Part shown: piece after piece, positions 27,005-41,160 of the stretch | Position numbering within the stretch: position 1 is the stretch's first letter | Layout: the number at the start of each line of letters is the position of its first letter | Assembly (NCBI GenBank): GCA_964016885.1 | Contig: OZ024741.1 | Location: forward strand, 217,372,001-217,436,000 | Origin: Eledone cirrhosa | Taxonomy: Eukaryota | Length of the DNA: 64,000 nucleotides | Direction: 5' to 3' | Position numbers and translations under genes: made by a program | The notes under the pieces: model-generated | What the model was told of the DNA's origin: nothing | The model's database searches: none | Seen by the model: only the letters and a program-made list of their open reading frames with translations

Positions 27005-28712
27005 TAGTTGTGGCCATGTGGTGAAGGTATTTGTGCCATCACCACCACAAATAATTCCTAATTCAATCTGACTCTGTGTAATACACTGGGAAAATGTTCT
27101 CTATCATAGTTCTGTGTTGGGCAATAACATGCCTGTAATAATCTTCAGCCCACCCTATAATGTGGTCATGTTGGCGACATGATGAAAAGCACCCAGACCA
27201 CCCTGTAATGTTGTTATGTTGGTGACATGAAGAAAAGCATCCAGCCCGCTCTGTAAGGTGGTCGTGTTGGTGACATGATTAAAAGCACCCAGTCCACTCT
27301 TTAAAGTGGTCATGCTGGTCACATGACAAAATGCACCTGTAACGGAATATTATGTGTGGTTGTAGCGATAAGTGGATGGATGTAACTGTTGGTATGGTGG
27401 TTTCGATGTAAAGAAAAATACCAGGATTGTGTTGTTACAAAGTTTATTTTATTATAACAATATTCAATTTGAATATTGAATGATAAAATCAATAACACAA
27501 AATATTCATACAATAATTTGGTGGCTCATCGAGCCACGTAAATTCAAGTATCACAGAATACGATTATAATATAATTTTTGTACTGTATCAGAAAGATACA
27601 ATATGTATAAACAGAAATGGTGCGTGTAAAAATACTAACAGTGTAAACTCACTATGAATGCGTGTGTGCGTATCAGTATATTTACTTGTTTGTATTGCAG
27701 TGGGAGTCAGCGATCAGCGATCAGCGATCAGAAGGTGAGAATAAGTGGTAGGCTGGTTTTTCGTGACTAGAGCTTGTAAATGCGACTTGTCTTGTCTGTA
27801 TATCACTTCTTTTCTGTCGGGGCGTAAACAACCCCTGTATTTATAAGAATTGAAGTTAGAAGGATAGATATATCCTCTGAACTTTGGTTAGTCTCCCAAG
27901 GGATTAGTTTGTCAAGCGTAAACAAGTCAGAAAGATGGATATATCCTCTGACCTATTTTCTGTCAGACGTAAACATCTCTGACCTGTGTTTAGCCTCTCC
28001 CAAGGGGTTAGTCTCTTGAGCGTAAACAACTTACCACTGCTTGTCCCAGAGGCGGGAAAGCTCAGATTCGGTTTCGAATCTTCGCCGCCATTATACACCA
28101 AGTCCACTTTGTATAGTGGTCATGTTGGTGACGCAAAAAGCACCAAGCACACCCTGTAAAATGGTCATATTAGTGATATGACAAAAAGTGCCTAGTCTAC
28201 CTTATAAAGTGGTCATATTGGTGACACACAAAGCATTCAGCCCACCCTGTAAAGTGGCCTTGTTGGTGACACAACAAAAAGCAGTCAGTCCACCTTGGAA
28301 ATTGGTGATTTTGGTGACACAACAAAAAGCACCCTGCTCACTTTGTAAAGTGGTCATGTTGGTGACACAAAAAGCATTTAGCCCACACTGTAAAGTGGTC
28401 ATGTAGGTGTCACAACAAAAAGCGTCCAGCCAACCCTGTAGTGGTCAAGTCGGTGACATGACAAAAAGCACCCAGCCCACACTGTAAGGTGGTCATGCTG
28501 GTGATATGAGAAAAAAGCATTCAGTCCACTCTGGAAAGTGGTCCTGTTGGTGACACAATAAAAAACGCCCAGTCCACACTATAAGGTGGTCGTAGTTAGG
28601 AGGGGTACCAACCTTAGAAACTGATCTAGAAACAGTTCAGTATGAGCTAGATAACTCATCAAACTCATGCTAGGGTGGAAAATGGATGTTAAACAATGAT
28701 GATGATGATGAT
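27005..28712 (+). repeat. Old SINE-like element with expanded 48-bp minisatellite and (GAT)n tail, interrupted by a solo LTR
   Basis: Units of ctgtaaagtggtcatgttggtgacatgacaaaaagcacccagcccaca at 27150-27337 and 28100-28590; decayed tRNA-like head; RTE-type tail. Confidence 0.7.
27338..28095 (-). mobile_element. Probable solo LTR
   Basis: TGTAA...TTATA termini with 4-bp duplication CACC (27334-27337 / 28096-28099); splits one minisatellite unit. Minus-strand TATAAAA near 27840 and AATAAA near 27445. Confidence 0.65.
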
Positions 28713-28875
28713 TTCTAATGTTTTCATATAATTTTGAAAATAATCAAAAATTTAGAAGAATTTAGTAATATAACTAATTTCTCATTATTCAGCTGGTGTT
28801 TGGAACATGTTTTTCAAATATTTTTTTTAATAAACAGGAATTAGTAAAATATAACTAATTTCTCATTATTAAGCT

Positions 28876-29045
28876 GGGCAGTATCAGTAGAATGTCAGAT
28901 AACATGCTTTGTGGCATAGGGTTATGTCCCTTTATGTTCTGAATTCAAATCCCGCCAAGGTTAGCTTTGCTTTTCATCCTTACGGGGTCAATAAGATAAA
29001 GTACCAGTAAGACACTGAACAAAATTGTTGGCCTTGTACTTAAAA
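28876..29045 (+). mobile_element. tRNA-derived SINE with Nin-like domain (representative copy)
   Basis: gcctttcatccttacggggtcgataaaataaagtaccag core. Other copies at about 39545-39730, 42008-42190, 42193-42380, 47675-47860, 53496-53690, 53975-54135 (+) and 54460-54640, 54660-54773 joined to 59006-59105, 59215-59365 (-). Confidence 0.8.
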
Positions 29046-29486
29046 TCAAGCCAGAATCAGTTCCTGTATGAGCAAGCCAAGGTCAGCCGACCGGACACTG
29101 CCCACAACAGGACACCCCGTCTAACCCATGCTAGCATGGAAGAACGGACATAAAACAGTGATGATGATGATTGCTCTATATTTACTATTGTATTTTCATG
29201 GTAAAGGCTTTATCTCACATAAGCATCTCACATAATATCGAATCTATGAGATTTTGATTTTATTTATTTTGAGAACAATACCTTAATATAAGTATGAGTG
29301 GCCAGTTACGGCTGGTTTGAACAGAAAGAGGTGAGAGAATTTTGGCCGGATATGGCTGGTTTAAATGCTAAAGGGTTAAAACGAACAGATTTTGTATTGC
29401 AGAATTAGGAGCAGTTTCATGGAGATTGATGTTAAAATGGCGAAGGAAGCCGTCCCAGAATTATAGAGAAACACATTTAAATACAC

Positions 29487-29885
29487 ATCATCGTCGTTTA
29501 AAGTCCATTTTCCACGCTAGTATGGGTTAGATGGGTTGATCTATTTCAGGCAAGTCGGATCAGGTGACTGTGTCTTGCTCATACAGAACTGTTTCTGGCT
29601 TGGTTTCTATGGCGGGATGCCCTTCCTTACGCCAACACATTTACTATGTATGTTGGGTGCTTTTGTCATGATACCTACCCGACCACTTTACAGTGTGAGT
29701 TGCATGCTTTTTGTTGTGACACCAAAATGACCACTTTACAGTGTGGGCTGGGTGCTTTTTGTTGTGACACCAAAACGACCACTTTACAGTGTGGGCGGGA
29801 TGCTTTTGTCATGACACCTACCCAGCCACTTTACAGTGTGGGCTGGGTGCTTTTTGTTGTGACACCAAAATGACCACTTTACAGT
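29487..29885 (-). repeat. RTE/SINE tail with ~5 copies of the 48-bp unit
   Basis: Reverse complement of the same unit and tail as 28100-28712. Confidence 0.75.
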
Positions 29886-30652
29886 GTTGACTGTTGAGGA
29901 GTTTGGTGGGGATGGTGTATGAGGCATATGTGAAGGGCAGAGTGTTAGGACATGGGCGGGATGTTAGGATGTGTAATGTTTATGGAAAGGGGGATGGTGC
30001 ACACTAGATGTACAACAAAAACACAAATTTCACATAAAATTTATTAGCTTTTTTTTCATTTGTTTTTTTTTCTTTCTTTTGTTAAAAAATTTGAAATTTC
30101 AATATTTGAATTCTTTAATTCAATGTCAATTTGGTGTGATTTGAACTGAGAGGACAAAGAGCTGGAATGAAAGCTGCAAAGCATTAAATTATCCAGCATT
30201 CTAATGGCTTTGCCAATTTTGCCACATTAACATATAGGTGACCAAGAGAATATGATTGCAAATACAAATGACCGAAATGTGGTTCCCCCGAAGGGCTTTT
30301 GGAACAACGTTACTCGATAGAATGCATGGCTTGGAGATCAGAGAGTCACTCCGGGTAGAGCAGCTTCTTCTCCAAATTGAGAGATCACAGCTCCAATACT
30401 ATGGGCATGTGGTTGAATGTCTCAGGAAAGAATCACTGGACATATTTTACGGGCAAAACCAACAGGGGTAGACCCCGAGCAAGATGGTTGGATAACATTC
30501 ATGAGCTTGGCTGGTGACACTTGGGGATCCAGCAGGATCAGTTGGAGACGGTTGCTTCTGACAGAATCTTCATGAAGAAGAAGAAGAAGAAGAAGAAGAA
30601 GAAGAAGAAGAAGAAGAAGAAGAAGAAGAAGAAGAAGAAGAAGAAGAAGAAG

Positions 30653-30690
<38 letters not shown>

Positions 30691-30819
30691 CTACAACAAA
30701 AACAACAACAAAAACGACAACAGCAACAACAACAAAAACAACAACGATAAAACAACAACAACAACACTGCTATAAAAAGGTAATATATATATATATATAA
30801 GGGAGAAATATATATATAT

Positions 30820-31473
30820 ATAAGGGAGAAATTAGGAATAAGAGGAATCAGATGTTGTTTACTCGAGAGAAGACTACGTTGGTATGGTCACATGATGCGA
30901 ATGAATGATGACAGCTGTATAAAAAAGTGCAGGGTGATAAAAATAGACGGTAGCCACGGAGTAGGCAGACCCAGAAAAACCTGGGACGACTTGATAAATT
31001 CCGACCTCACACACTTACACCTCTCCAAAACAATGTCACTGGACCGAGATCTTTGGTGCTACACAGTAATAGAGAAGACCCGCCTTACCTAAGTACAAAG
31101 TGAAACCTACAGTCAGTAGGCACCTCTTAACAAAAATACACACCCGTCCCACTACCCCCACCCATCCACACCACCCCTTTCGATGTAAAGTTATGTTGGT
31201 GCCACAACATCCAGTCCGAAATAAATGAGGTCGTGTAGGTGTCACGACAAAAAAACACACAGTTCACGCTGTAATGTGGCCATGTAGGTAACACGGTAAA
31301 AACCTCCCAGTCCACACTGTAAACGTGGTTGGTGTTAGGAAGGGCATCCAGCCGTAGAAAACCTGCCAGATAGTCCTATACGAGCAAGACAACCAATCTT
31401 GCCTCAAGTGGGAAAATTCCCATCCAAACCCATGCAAGCGTGGAAGATGGACGTTAAACGATGATGATGATGA
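30820..31473 (+). mobile_element. RTE LINE 3' fragment
   Basis: [15 protein letters not shown], 3'UTR, (GAT)n tail, TA flanks. Confidence 0.92.
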
Positions 31474-31495
31474 TATACATATATATATATATTAT

Positions 31496-33258
31496 ATCAA
31501 CTAATCAGAGAGCAAATTGATCTAGACGAAATGCAGTTTGGCTTTGTGTCAGGTAAAAGTACCACAGACGCCCTTTTCCTTGTACGACAACTACAGGAGA
31601 AGTACCTAGCTAAAAGTAAACCCCTATACTTAGCTTTGGTTGACTTGGAGAAAGCATTTGACAGAGTCCCCCGTGCCATTATCTGGTGGGCCCTTAGAAA
31701 ACTAGGGGTTGATGAATGGCTTGTGAGAGCTATACAAGCCATGTATAAAGAAACAGTCAGCAAGGTTAGAATTAACAACGAATATAGTGAAGAATTTAGC
31801 ATAAAAGTTGGTGTTCATCAGGGCTCTGTCCTTAGCCCCCTCCTATTTATTATTGACCTTCAGGCTATAACAGAGGAGTTCAAGACCGGCTGCCCATGGG
31901 AACTTCTCTATGCAGATGATCTAACGCTCATAGCTGAATCAATGGCCGAGCTAGAGAAGAAATTCCAAACATGGAAGCATGGCCTAGAATCAAAAGGCCT
32001 TAAAGTTAACTTGTCTAAGACTAAAGTTCTAGTATGTAGGAAGGAAAATAGGGCACCGGTCCCCTCTGGGATATGGCCATGTTCAGTGTGTAGGAAAGGA
32101 GTAGACAGAAATTCCATTTTATGTCCCAAATGCAAAGTATGGGTGCATAAAAGATGTACAGGTAAGCTATCTAAGAAAGTAGAGTTTATCTGTGGCCGGT
32201 GTTCAGGTGCAATAAGTAGCAAGCGCCCACAGGATATTAGCTCCTTCTATTGTCCAGATGGTTCTATAGAAATAGTGGACACCTTCCATTACCTGGCTGA
32301 CAAAATCAGCAGTGGTGGAGGGTGCTCAGAGAGTATAGTAGCCAGAGTCAGAACGGGATGGAAAAAGTTCAAAGAGCTTATACCACTATTGCCGCTAAAG
32401 GTTTCTCTCTAAAAATGAAAGGCAGATTGTATGATGCCTGTATACGAACAGCTATGTTACATGGCAGTGAGACATGGGCATTGTGTGCAGAGGATATACG
32501 CAGACTAGAGAGGAATGAAGCATGCATGCTCTGCTGGATGTGTAATAGTAATATAGGTGAACAGCAAAGCATAAATGAACTAAGTGAGAAATTAGGAATA
32601 AGAGGGATCAGATGTTGTTTACTTGAGAGAAGACTACGTTGGTATGGTCACGTGATGCGCATGAAAGACGACAGCTGTATAAAAAAAATGCAGGGCGATC
32701 AAAATTGACGGAAGTTACGGAGTAGGCAGACCCAGAAAAACCTGGGACGATTTGATAAATTCCGACCTTACACACTTGCACCTCTCTAAAACAATGTCAC
32801 TGGACCGAGATCTGTGGCGCTACGCAGTAATACAGAAGACCCGCCTTGCCTAAGTACAAAGCAAAACCTACAGTGAGTAGGCACCTCTTAATCAAATATA
32901 CACCCACCTCCCACTACCTCAACTCCCCCCACCCCACCCATCAACACCACCCCTTTCTCTGTAAAGTTATGTTGGTACCACAATATCCAATCCTAAATAA
33001 ATGAGGTCGTGTAGGTGTCACGACAAAAATAAAAAACACACATTCCACGCTGTAGTGAGGCCGTGTAGGTAACACGGTAAAAACCTCCCAGTCCACACTG
33101 TAAACGTGGTTGGTGTTAGGAAGGGCATCCAGACATAGAAAACCTGCCAGATAGTCCTATACGAGCGAGACGATCAATCTTGCCTCAAGTAGGTCAACTC
33201 CCGTCTAAACCCATGCGAGTGTGGAAGATAGCTGTTAAACGATGATTATGATGATGAT
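31496..33258 (+). mobile_element. 5'-truncated RTE LINE, frameshifted
   Basis: ORFs 31531-32412 and 32322-32708; frameshifts near 32390 and 32690; complete 3'UTR. Confidence 0.95.
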
Positions 33259-33394
33259 ATATATATATATATCAAAGGACATATATTCAGTGTTGATAGA
33301 GGTTTATTTGTGCTGGTGAAAAGTATTAAAGTGGACATACGGAACAGGATGTTGTGACTTGGTGGATTTATGGTAGATATTGTTATAGTAGATA

Positions 33395-34229
33395 TGGTGG
33401 TGACAGGGGGGGGGGGGGGGTCTTGGTGGCAGCAGTGGTGGATGGGGGGAGGGGGTAGTGGCGACCGGGGGGGAGGGGCGGTTATAGTGGTGCTGGTGGT
33501 GGTGATGGTGCTAGTGGTTGTGATGGTAGTGGTGGTGGTGGTGGCGGGGCGGTGGAGGATTGGGGGGTGCTAGTGTTGGTGTTGCTATTGGAGCTGGTGG
33601 TGGTGTTGGTGTTGGTGCTGGTGGTGATGGCGGTGGTGGTGGAGGTGGTTATAGTGGTACTGGAGGTGGTGATTGTGGTGGTGGTGATTGTGGTAGTAGT
33701 GGTGGTTATGGTGGTGGAGATGGTTATAGTGGTGGTGGTGGTAGTGGTTGTTGTTGTGGTGGTGGTAGTGGTTGTTGTTGTGGTGGTGGTAGTGGTTGTT
33801 GTTGTGGTGGCGGTTGTGGTGGTCGTGGTAGTGGTGGTGGTAGTGGTTGTGGTTGTGGTGTGGTGATGGTGGTGGTTGTGGTGGTGGTGTGGTGATGGTG
33901 GTGGTAGTAGTGGTGGCTGTGGTATTGGTGTGGTGGTGGTGGTAGTGGTGGCTGTGGTGGTGGTGGTAGTAGTGGTGGCGGTGGTGGTAGTGGTGGTGGT
34001 AGTAGTGGTGGTAGTAATGGTGGTGGTAGTAGTGGTGGTGGTGGTAGTAGTGGTGGTGGTGGCAGAGATTTATTGAGTAGATTAACATAGATAAGTTTGG
34101 CACCAAGGAAACAGTTTTATGTGACTATGGCGGGGGGGGGGGGTAAGAGAGAGAGAGAGAAAGGGGAAGATAAAGATTGAGGGAGAGACAGAGAGAGAGT
34201 AAGATAAAAAAGAGAGAGAAAAAGAAAGT

Positions 34230-34287
<58 letters not shown>

Positions 34288-34337
34288 AAGAGAGTAATAG
34301 ACAGAGAGAGTAAAAGAGATTAAGAGAGAGTAAGATG

Positions 34338-34410
<73 letters not shown>
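33395..34410. repeat. (GGT/GTA)n low-complexity tract followed by (GA)n
   Basis: Direct inspection. Similar GGT/GTT tracts at 42790-43330 and 49907-50810; (CA)n at 36135-36315. Confidence 0.95.
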
Positions 34411-34412
<2 letters not shown>

Positions 34413-34481
34413 GGGCATTTTAGCTTTTGAGAAAGAGAATGCTGTTTACTTTTTCTTTCAACTCCACTAATTATAGTGATT

Positions 34482-35345
34482 ACTAGCAGAATGGCCCGAC
34501 GTTGCTCAGGATTCTAAACATAGATTGGCATTTCTGAAACAGTACAGAGAAGTATGGAATACCTCGGCCTCAGGATGGTGTCTACATTTTGTGCTTATAA
34601 AAATAATCTGTCGTAGATTACCTGGAGTTTAACTTAATTGGGTGCCTGAGAGTAAAATGTTCAACCCACGAAAGCCAAGACGATAGGGTTAAGTAAAAAG
34701 GCATTCGACAAACCGAACATGTATTTGTTGTGCTATGGTACAATGAAAGCAATAGTTACAGAGCAGTAAGCATGTGGGACTGCAGAGGTGGAGAGCATGA
34801 AGAAATTTAGTTGGATACTTTTAAGGTTACAGGCCTTAATGCAACCAAAATGCTAAACAATGCGGTCCCCGGGCAAAAAATTTGAAATCGTTTTCACTCA
34901 AGAGAATTTGTGAAACATAAGTAATGCATATGCAAAATTTAAAAAAAATCGGTTGGGTACTTCTCGAGTTACAGGCCCTAAGGCAAGCAAAATGCTTTAA
35001 AAAATCGGTTTTTCACCTAATGCGGCCCCTGGGGCAAAAAATGAGAAAATCTTTTTTGCTCAAAATACTTTAAATGACATAAGTAATGCAAATTTTGAAG
35101 AAATCACCTGGATCATTGTTCTGTTATGCCTAAAAAAAGCCTTTAAAGCTTAAAATATGCGGTTTTTCACCTATGCGGTCCCTCGGCCATAAGTATTACA
35201 TGTGTAAAGTTTGAATGTGTTGGCGTTGATGATGATGATGATTATGACGATGATGATGTTGATGATGATGATGATGATTATGATGATGATGGTGATGATT
35301 TACTGAGAGGGTTAATTTAGCAGGTATAGTTAATTAGATATATTT
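34482..35345 (-). mobile_element. Non-autonomous Helitron-like remnant
   Basis: Minus-strand 3' CTAG preceded by a GC hairpin (actagcagaatggcccgacgttgctcagg; same end at 43561); shares tgtgtaaagtttgaa internal motifs with 46540-46703. Confidence 0.55.
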
Positions 35346-35499
35346 ATACAGGTAAGTATAGTTAACTAGTTAACAAGAGACAAAAGACGTGTTGGACAGG
35401 TAGCAGTGGAAGTGCACAGGTAACCAGCAGGTATACTCAGCCAACCATGTAAGATAGGTAGATTTAACCACTGAGGTGCACAGGTGTTGGATACATAGG

Positions 35500-35990
35500 T
35501 AAAACTTGGGATCTGGAAATATATCATTGATGTGATATCTCAGGTAACAATATCTTTGATCTGACACCTCAGGTAATAACAACTCAGGTAATATCATCTT
35601 TGATGTGACATCTCAGGTAACAACATCACAGGTAGCAGAATCTTTGATGTGACATCTCAGGTAACAACATCACAGGTAGCAGAATCTTTGATGTGACATC
35701 TCAGGTAATAACATATTTTATGTGGCACCTCAGGTAACAACATCTCAGGTACAGAATATCAGGTAATAAAATCTTTGATCTGACATCTCAGGTAACAACA
35801 TCTCAAGTAACAACATCTCAGGTAGCAGAATCTTTGATGTGACATCTCAGGTAACAGAACCTTATATGTGACATTTCAGGTAACAAGATCTCAGATAATA
35901 ACATCTTTGATGTGACATCTCAGGTAACAGATGTTTTATGTGACATCTCAGGTAATAACAGCTTTGATGTGATATTTCAGGCAACAGGAT
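35500..35990. repeat. Irregular minisatellite (tgtgacatctcaggtaacaacatc variants)
   Basis: Many tandem copies of the catctcaggtaac core. Confidence 0.9.
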
Positions 35991-36132
35991 CTAAAAATAA
36001 AAACAAATTGAAAAATAAATGTCAATGTCTATCTGAACAAACATATACATACAAATACACACACACACACACTTAAACACTTATATACACGTGTACATGT
36101 AAGCATACTCACACATTCATACATACATACAG

Positions 36133-36321
<189 letters not shown>

Positions 36322-36876
36322 GCAAGTGAACACAAGACACAATGAACTATCCTACTTAACTATATCAACAACTTTATAATTTTTCTTGTATAATCTCTGC
36401 TTAAATGCAAAACACAGTCTAATGAAACCAAGGCAGCCTAAGAAACAACACGCTGGCATTGCAGAAATGCGCATAATAGGAATAAATTTAATCATGTAAT
36501 ACCACAACTCTGCCTCAATGTTCATATCATCTTTACAATAATAAATTTTTTTATCTGACAAGTCTTAAGTACTTGAATATTGTAGTATACATATACAAAC
36601 ACATATGTATCTACCTGTTATATTATAATTGTACTTTGAGATGAAACACAGTGTAAGAAGTAAATATTGTTTTTAAATGTATTGCTTTCTCCTCCATATA
36701 TTTTTAATTATATATATACATGTCACACATATGTATCTACCTGTTATATTATAATTGTACTTTGAGATGAAACACAGTGTAAGAAGTAAATCTTGTTTTT
36801 AAATGTATTGCTTTCTCCTCCATATATTTTTAATTATATATACACATGTCCTCCATATATTATTAATTATATATAT

Positions 36877-38658
36877 ACAGGTCACGGAAAAAGTAATAGC
36901 GCAACTAATCAGAGAGAGAATAGATCTAGATGAAATGCAGTTCGGGTTTGTGTCAGGCAAAAGTACCACAGACGCTCTTTTCATTGTACGACAACTACAG
37001 GAGAAGTACCTAGCTAAAGGTAAACCCCTCTACTTAGCTTTTGTCGACTTGGAGAAAGCCTTCGACAGAGTCCCCTGTTCCATTATCTGGTGGGCTCTTA
37101 GAAAACTAGGTGTTGACGAATGGCTTGTGAGAGCTATACAAGCCATGTATAAAGAAACAGTCAGCAAGGTTAGAATTAACAACGAATATAGTGAAGAGTT
37201 TAGCGTAAAAGTTGGCGTCCATCAGGGCTCTGTTCTCAGCCCCCTACTATTTATTATTGCCCTTCAGGCTATAACAGAGGAGTTCAAGACCGGCTGCCCA
37301 TGGGAACTCCTATACGCAGACGACTTGACACTCATAGCTGAATCAATGGCCGAGCTAGAGAAGAAATTCCAAACATGGAAGCACGGCCTAGAATCAAAAG
37401 GACTAAAAATTAACCTGGCTAAGACTAAAGTTCTAGTTTGTAGGAAAGAAAATAAGGTGGCGGTCCCTTCTGGGAAATGGCCATGCTCAGTGTGTAGGAA
37501 AGGCGTAGGTAGAAACTCCGTTTTATGTCCCAAATGCAAAGTATGGGTGCATAAAAGGTGTAGTGGGATCACAGGTAAGCTAACTAAGAACATAGATTTT
37601 ACATGTGGCCGGTGCTCTGGTGCAATAAGTAGCAGCAAGTGCCCACAAAATACTAGCTCTTTCAATTGCGCAGAGGGTTCTATAGAAATAGTGGACAGCT
37701 TCCGTTACCTGGGCGACAAAATCAGCAGTGGGGGAGGGTGCTCTGAAAGTACAGTAGCTAGAGTCAGAACTGGTTGGAAAAAGTTCAGAGAGCTTATACC
37801 ACTATTAGCTGTTAAAGGGTTCTCCCTAAAAATGAAAGGCAGGTTGTATGATGCCTGCATACGAACAGCAATGCTGCATGGCAGTGAGGCCTGGAAATTG
37901 TGTGCAGAGGATATATACAGACTAGAGAGGAACGAAGCTTGCATGCTCCGCTGGATGTGTAACAGTAATATACGTGAACGGCAAAGCATAAACGAACTAA
38001 GGAAAAAATTAGAAATAAGAGGGATCAGATGTTGTTTACTCGAGAGAAGGCTACGTTGGTATGGACACGTGATGCGCATGAAAGTCGATAGCTGTATAAC
38101 AAAGTGCAGGGCAATAAAGATAGACGGTAGCCACGGAATAGGCAGACCTAGAAAAACCTGGGACGAGCTGATAAACTCCGACCTCACACACTTACACCTC
38201 TCCAAGACAATGTCACTGGACCGAGACCTTTGGCGGTACTCAGTAACAGAGAAGACCCGCCTTACCTAAATACATAGTAAAATCTACTACAGCCAGTAGG
38301 CATCTCTAACAAAATACACCCCGTCCCACCACCCCCACCCCATCCACACCACCCCCTTCTATGTAAAGTTATGTTGGTGCCACAACATCCAGTCCGAAAC
38401 AAATGAGATCGTGTAGGTGTCACGACAAAAAAACACACAGTCCACGCTGTAATGTGGCCGTGTAGGCAACACGGTAAAAACCTCCCAGACCCACACTGTA
38501 AATGTGGTTGGTGTTAGGAAGGGCATCCAACTGTAGAAAACCTGCCAGACAGTCCTATGCGAGCAAGACAATCACTCTTGCCTCAAGTGGGAATACCCCC
38601 GTCCAAACCCATGCAAGCGTGGAACACGGATGTTAAACGTTGATGATGATGATGATGA

Positions 38659-38662
<4 letters not shown>
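36877..38662 (+). mobile_element. 5'-truncated RTE LINE with uninterrupted ORF remnant (to 38269)
   Basis: RT + C4HC3 finger + C-terminus, no stops; 3'UTR; (GAT)n then (TA)n. Confidence 0.96.
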
Positions 38663-38709
<47 letters not shown>

Positions 38710-38763
38710 TGAAGAAGAAGTCAGTGAGCTTGAATCTTACATACTTTTATTGATTATTTTGTT

Positions 38764-38822
38764 ACTGTTATATATATTTCAGTGGTACTGATTATGTAGC
38801 AGATATGACCTCATCAGACAGC
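38764..38822 (-). ncRNA. Type I hammerhead motif in inverted pseudo-LTR of a PLE fragment
   Basis: gctgt-CTGATGA-ggt...act-GAAA-tatata-TA-acagt. Confidence 0.72.
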
Positions 38823-38829
38823 TATGGAA

Positions 38830-39302
38830 TTCCAACAGAACCCACACACAAGCGCAACTATAACAAGTACCTCAACCTACTCTACAAATAAATTTCCAAC
38901 TCAACTGTTACAAAATGTGGAAGAACAAATTGTGGTACTGCTTATACTTAATTGAAGAGCCAGAATTCAAATTTAAGGATGGACAAACCTTCAGAATAAA
39001 AGAAATTTCATCTACAACTCAGAAAATTTACTCTATGTGATTACATGCAGTGGATGTCTACAAAATTACATAGGACAGATGGGATTCTCATTACGCAAAA
39101 GAATGACCATACAACACCAACAAATTTGCAATGAAAACATGAGACAAATCCCCTTAAGCAGCCACATCACATGAGCAGGATTAGACATACCCAACTTCAA
39201 AATATTCCCACTCTACAAAAGCTCAGACTCTTCCCCTCAACAACAGAGAATAAATAAACAAGAACAATTTATTAACAAATACAAACTACAATTAAACATA
39301 TA
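38830..39302 (+). pseudogene. Decayed Penelope GIY-YIG fragment (related to 22907-24877)
   Basis: TVTKCGRTNCGT...SENLLYVITCSGCLQNYIGQ..LRKRMT..IPLSSHI..FKIFPLYK with frameshifts. Confidence 0.85.
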
Positions 39303-39799
39303 ATTATTCCCCATTAGACAATAGTGATCTAAGGATGGGAATAACCTATTTACATATACATGTATGCAAACATTTGTCACCACACACACACACATACACA
39401 TCACAAGATAAAAGAAAAACCCATGACCCTAAGGGAACCTCTACTAAAGACTTTTTCCTTCCTTCTTTCTTCCCCCACCCCCTCTTCTTTTAATTTATAT
39501 TTTCAATATTTTTTATCTTATTTATTATCATTATCATTATTATTATCGGTAGAGAGTATCGGTAGAGAGTTGGACGCCATGCTTTCCAGCATAGTTACGT
39601 CCCTTTACGGTCTGAGTTCAAATCCCGCCGCGGTTAACTTTGCCTTTCATCCTTACGGGGTCGATAAAATAAAGTACCAGTAATGTACTGGGTAATTGCT
39701 GGCCTTGTGCCAAAAGTAGAAACAATTATTAGGGCAGTGGATTGGTTTACGAACGTTTCGCCCCCTTATTAGGTCTTATCAAGTTGCCCACAACAATTC

Positions 39800-40160
39800 T
39801 GAGCACCTTTTGATTTCCATGTGTCTAACACACGTGGGCATGCCAACAAAGTCAGAAAACAGCACAGCTCTCATGACTTTCGGAAACACTTTTTCATGCT
39901 CAAAGTTGCTGAAGCATGGAACAAACTACCTGCATCAGTTGTTAGCTGCTGAGACACTGCATCCTTTAAAACTACCATGTTTCCTGAAATTCGCCAACAC
40001 TACACCTGATATACCCCCTCCATACACAAGCATACATGTATACCATGACTCATACACTGTTCACTTTCTCGACATTTGTACATTATTCTATGTACTATAC
40101 ATGCACTTTTCATGAGTTGTAGTGCACCTGAGCACTGTACACAATAATTTCATTATTATC
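39800..40160 (+). mobile_element. CR1/L2-type LINE 3' fragment
   Basis: DFRKHFFMLKVAEAWNKLPASVV...SFK C-terminal signature. Confidence 0.7.
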
Positions 40161-40699
40161 TATAATAATAAAGGAAAAAAAAAAGGAGGGGAGCATTCAC
40201 CACCAAGTGCGATAATCGACTGCACCTCATACCTTAGGGGGTTAACTTATGTTAAAAAAAAAACAGCTAAATTATGACAAATCCCTCCAAATTGTTGATT
40301 ATTTTCAAAATTAATTTGGAAAATTATAGGCAGTGTCTTTCATTAGAAGTATGGTCAGAAAAGTTTTACTAATTCCACTTAATCCATCTTTCTGTGGACT
40401 GATACCTTATTTTATCAACCTCAAAAGGAAAGGTTGACCACGGCTGGATTTGAACTCAGAGAGCTGGAATAAATACTTGTCATGCATTCTATCATCTGCT
40501 ATAACGATTCTACTTATTCACCACAAATTATTTAACATGACACATGTAATGACTTACCAATCCTAATTAGTATTTTAATGATTCATACATAATTATAAGT
40601 TATATATTTAGTTCAGTTTCCAGTTCCGCGTCTGCAAACAATTTCCATCTCCTTTTTCTTTTAAATATTTATGCTTGCTTTTATTTTGGCATGGCTAGA

Positions 40700-41160
40700 T
40701 AACCTCACTAGTGTTGGTGCCATGATAAAATACACCTCATCCACTCTGTACACGCTGTAAAGTGGTAGTGCTGGTGTCATTATAAAAAACACCCAGTCTT
40801 CTTTATAAAGTGGTACTACTAGTGTCACAATGAAATACACCCAGTACACACTTTAAAGTGGTAGTGTTGGTGCCATGATAGAATACACCCAGTACACTCT
40901 GTAAAGTGGTAGTACTGGTGTCATGATAAAATACACTTAGTACACTGTAAAGTGATAGTACTGGTGTCATGATAAAATACACCCAGTACACTCTGTAAAG
41001 TGGTAGTGCTGGTGTCATGATAAAATACACCCAGTACACTCTGTAAAGTGGTAGTGCTGGAGTCATGATAAAATACTCCCAGTACACTCTGTAAAGTGAT
41101 AGTGCTGGAGTCATGATAAAATACACCCAGTACACTCTGTAAAGTGGTGATGCTGGTGCA
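40700..41160 (+). repeat. 48-bp minisatellite (~9 units)
   Basis: ctgtaaagtggtagtgctggtgtcatgataaaatacacccagtacact units. Confidence 0.92.

Noticed and set aside
36352-36561. 69-aa ORF in unique sequence
   Set aside because: No recognisable domain or convincing splice pair; unsupported.
39748-39785. Minus-strand TTGATAA...GAAACgttcGTA hammerhead-like motif
   Set aside because: Stem I partner is missing (junction with a SINE fragment); counted only as a possible remnant.
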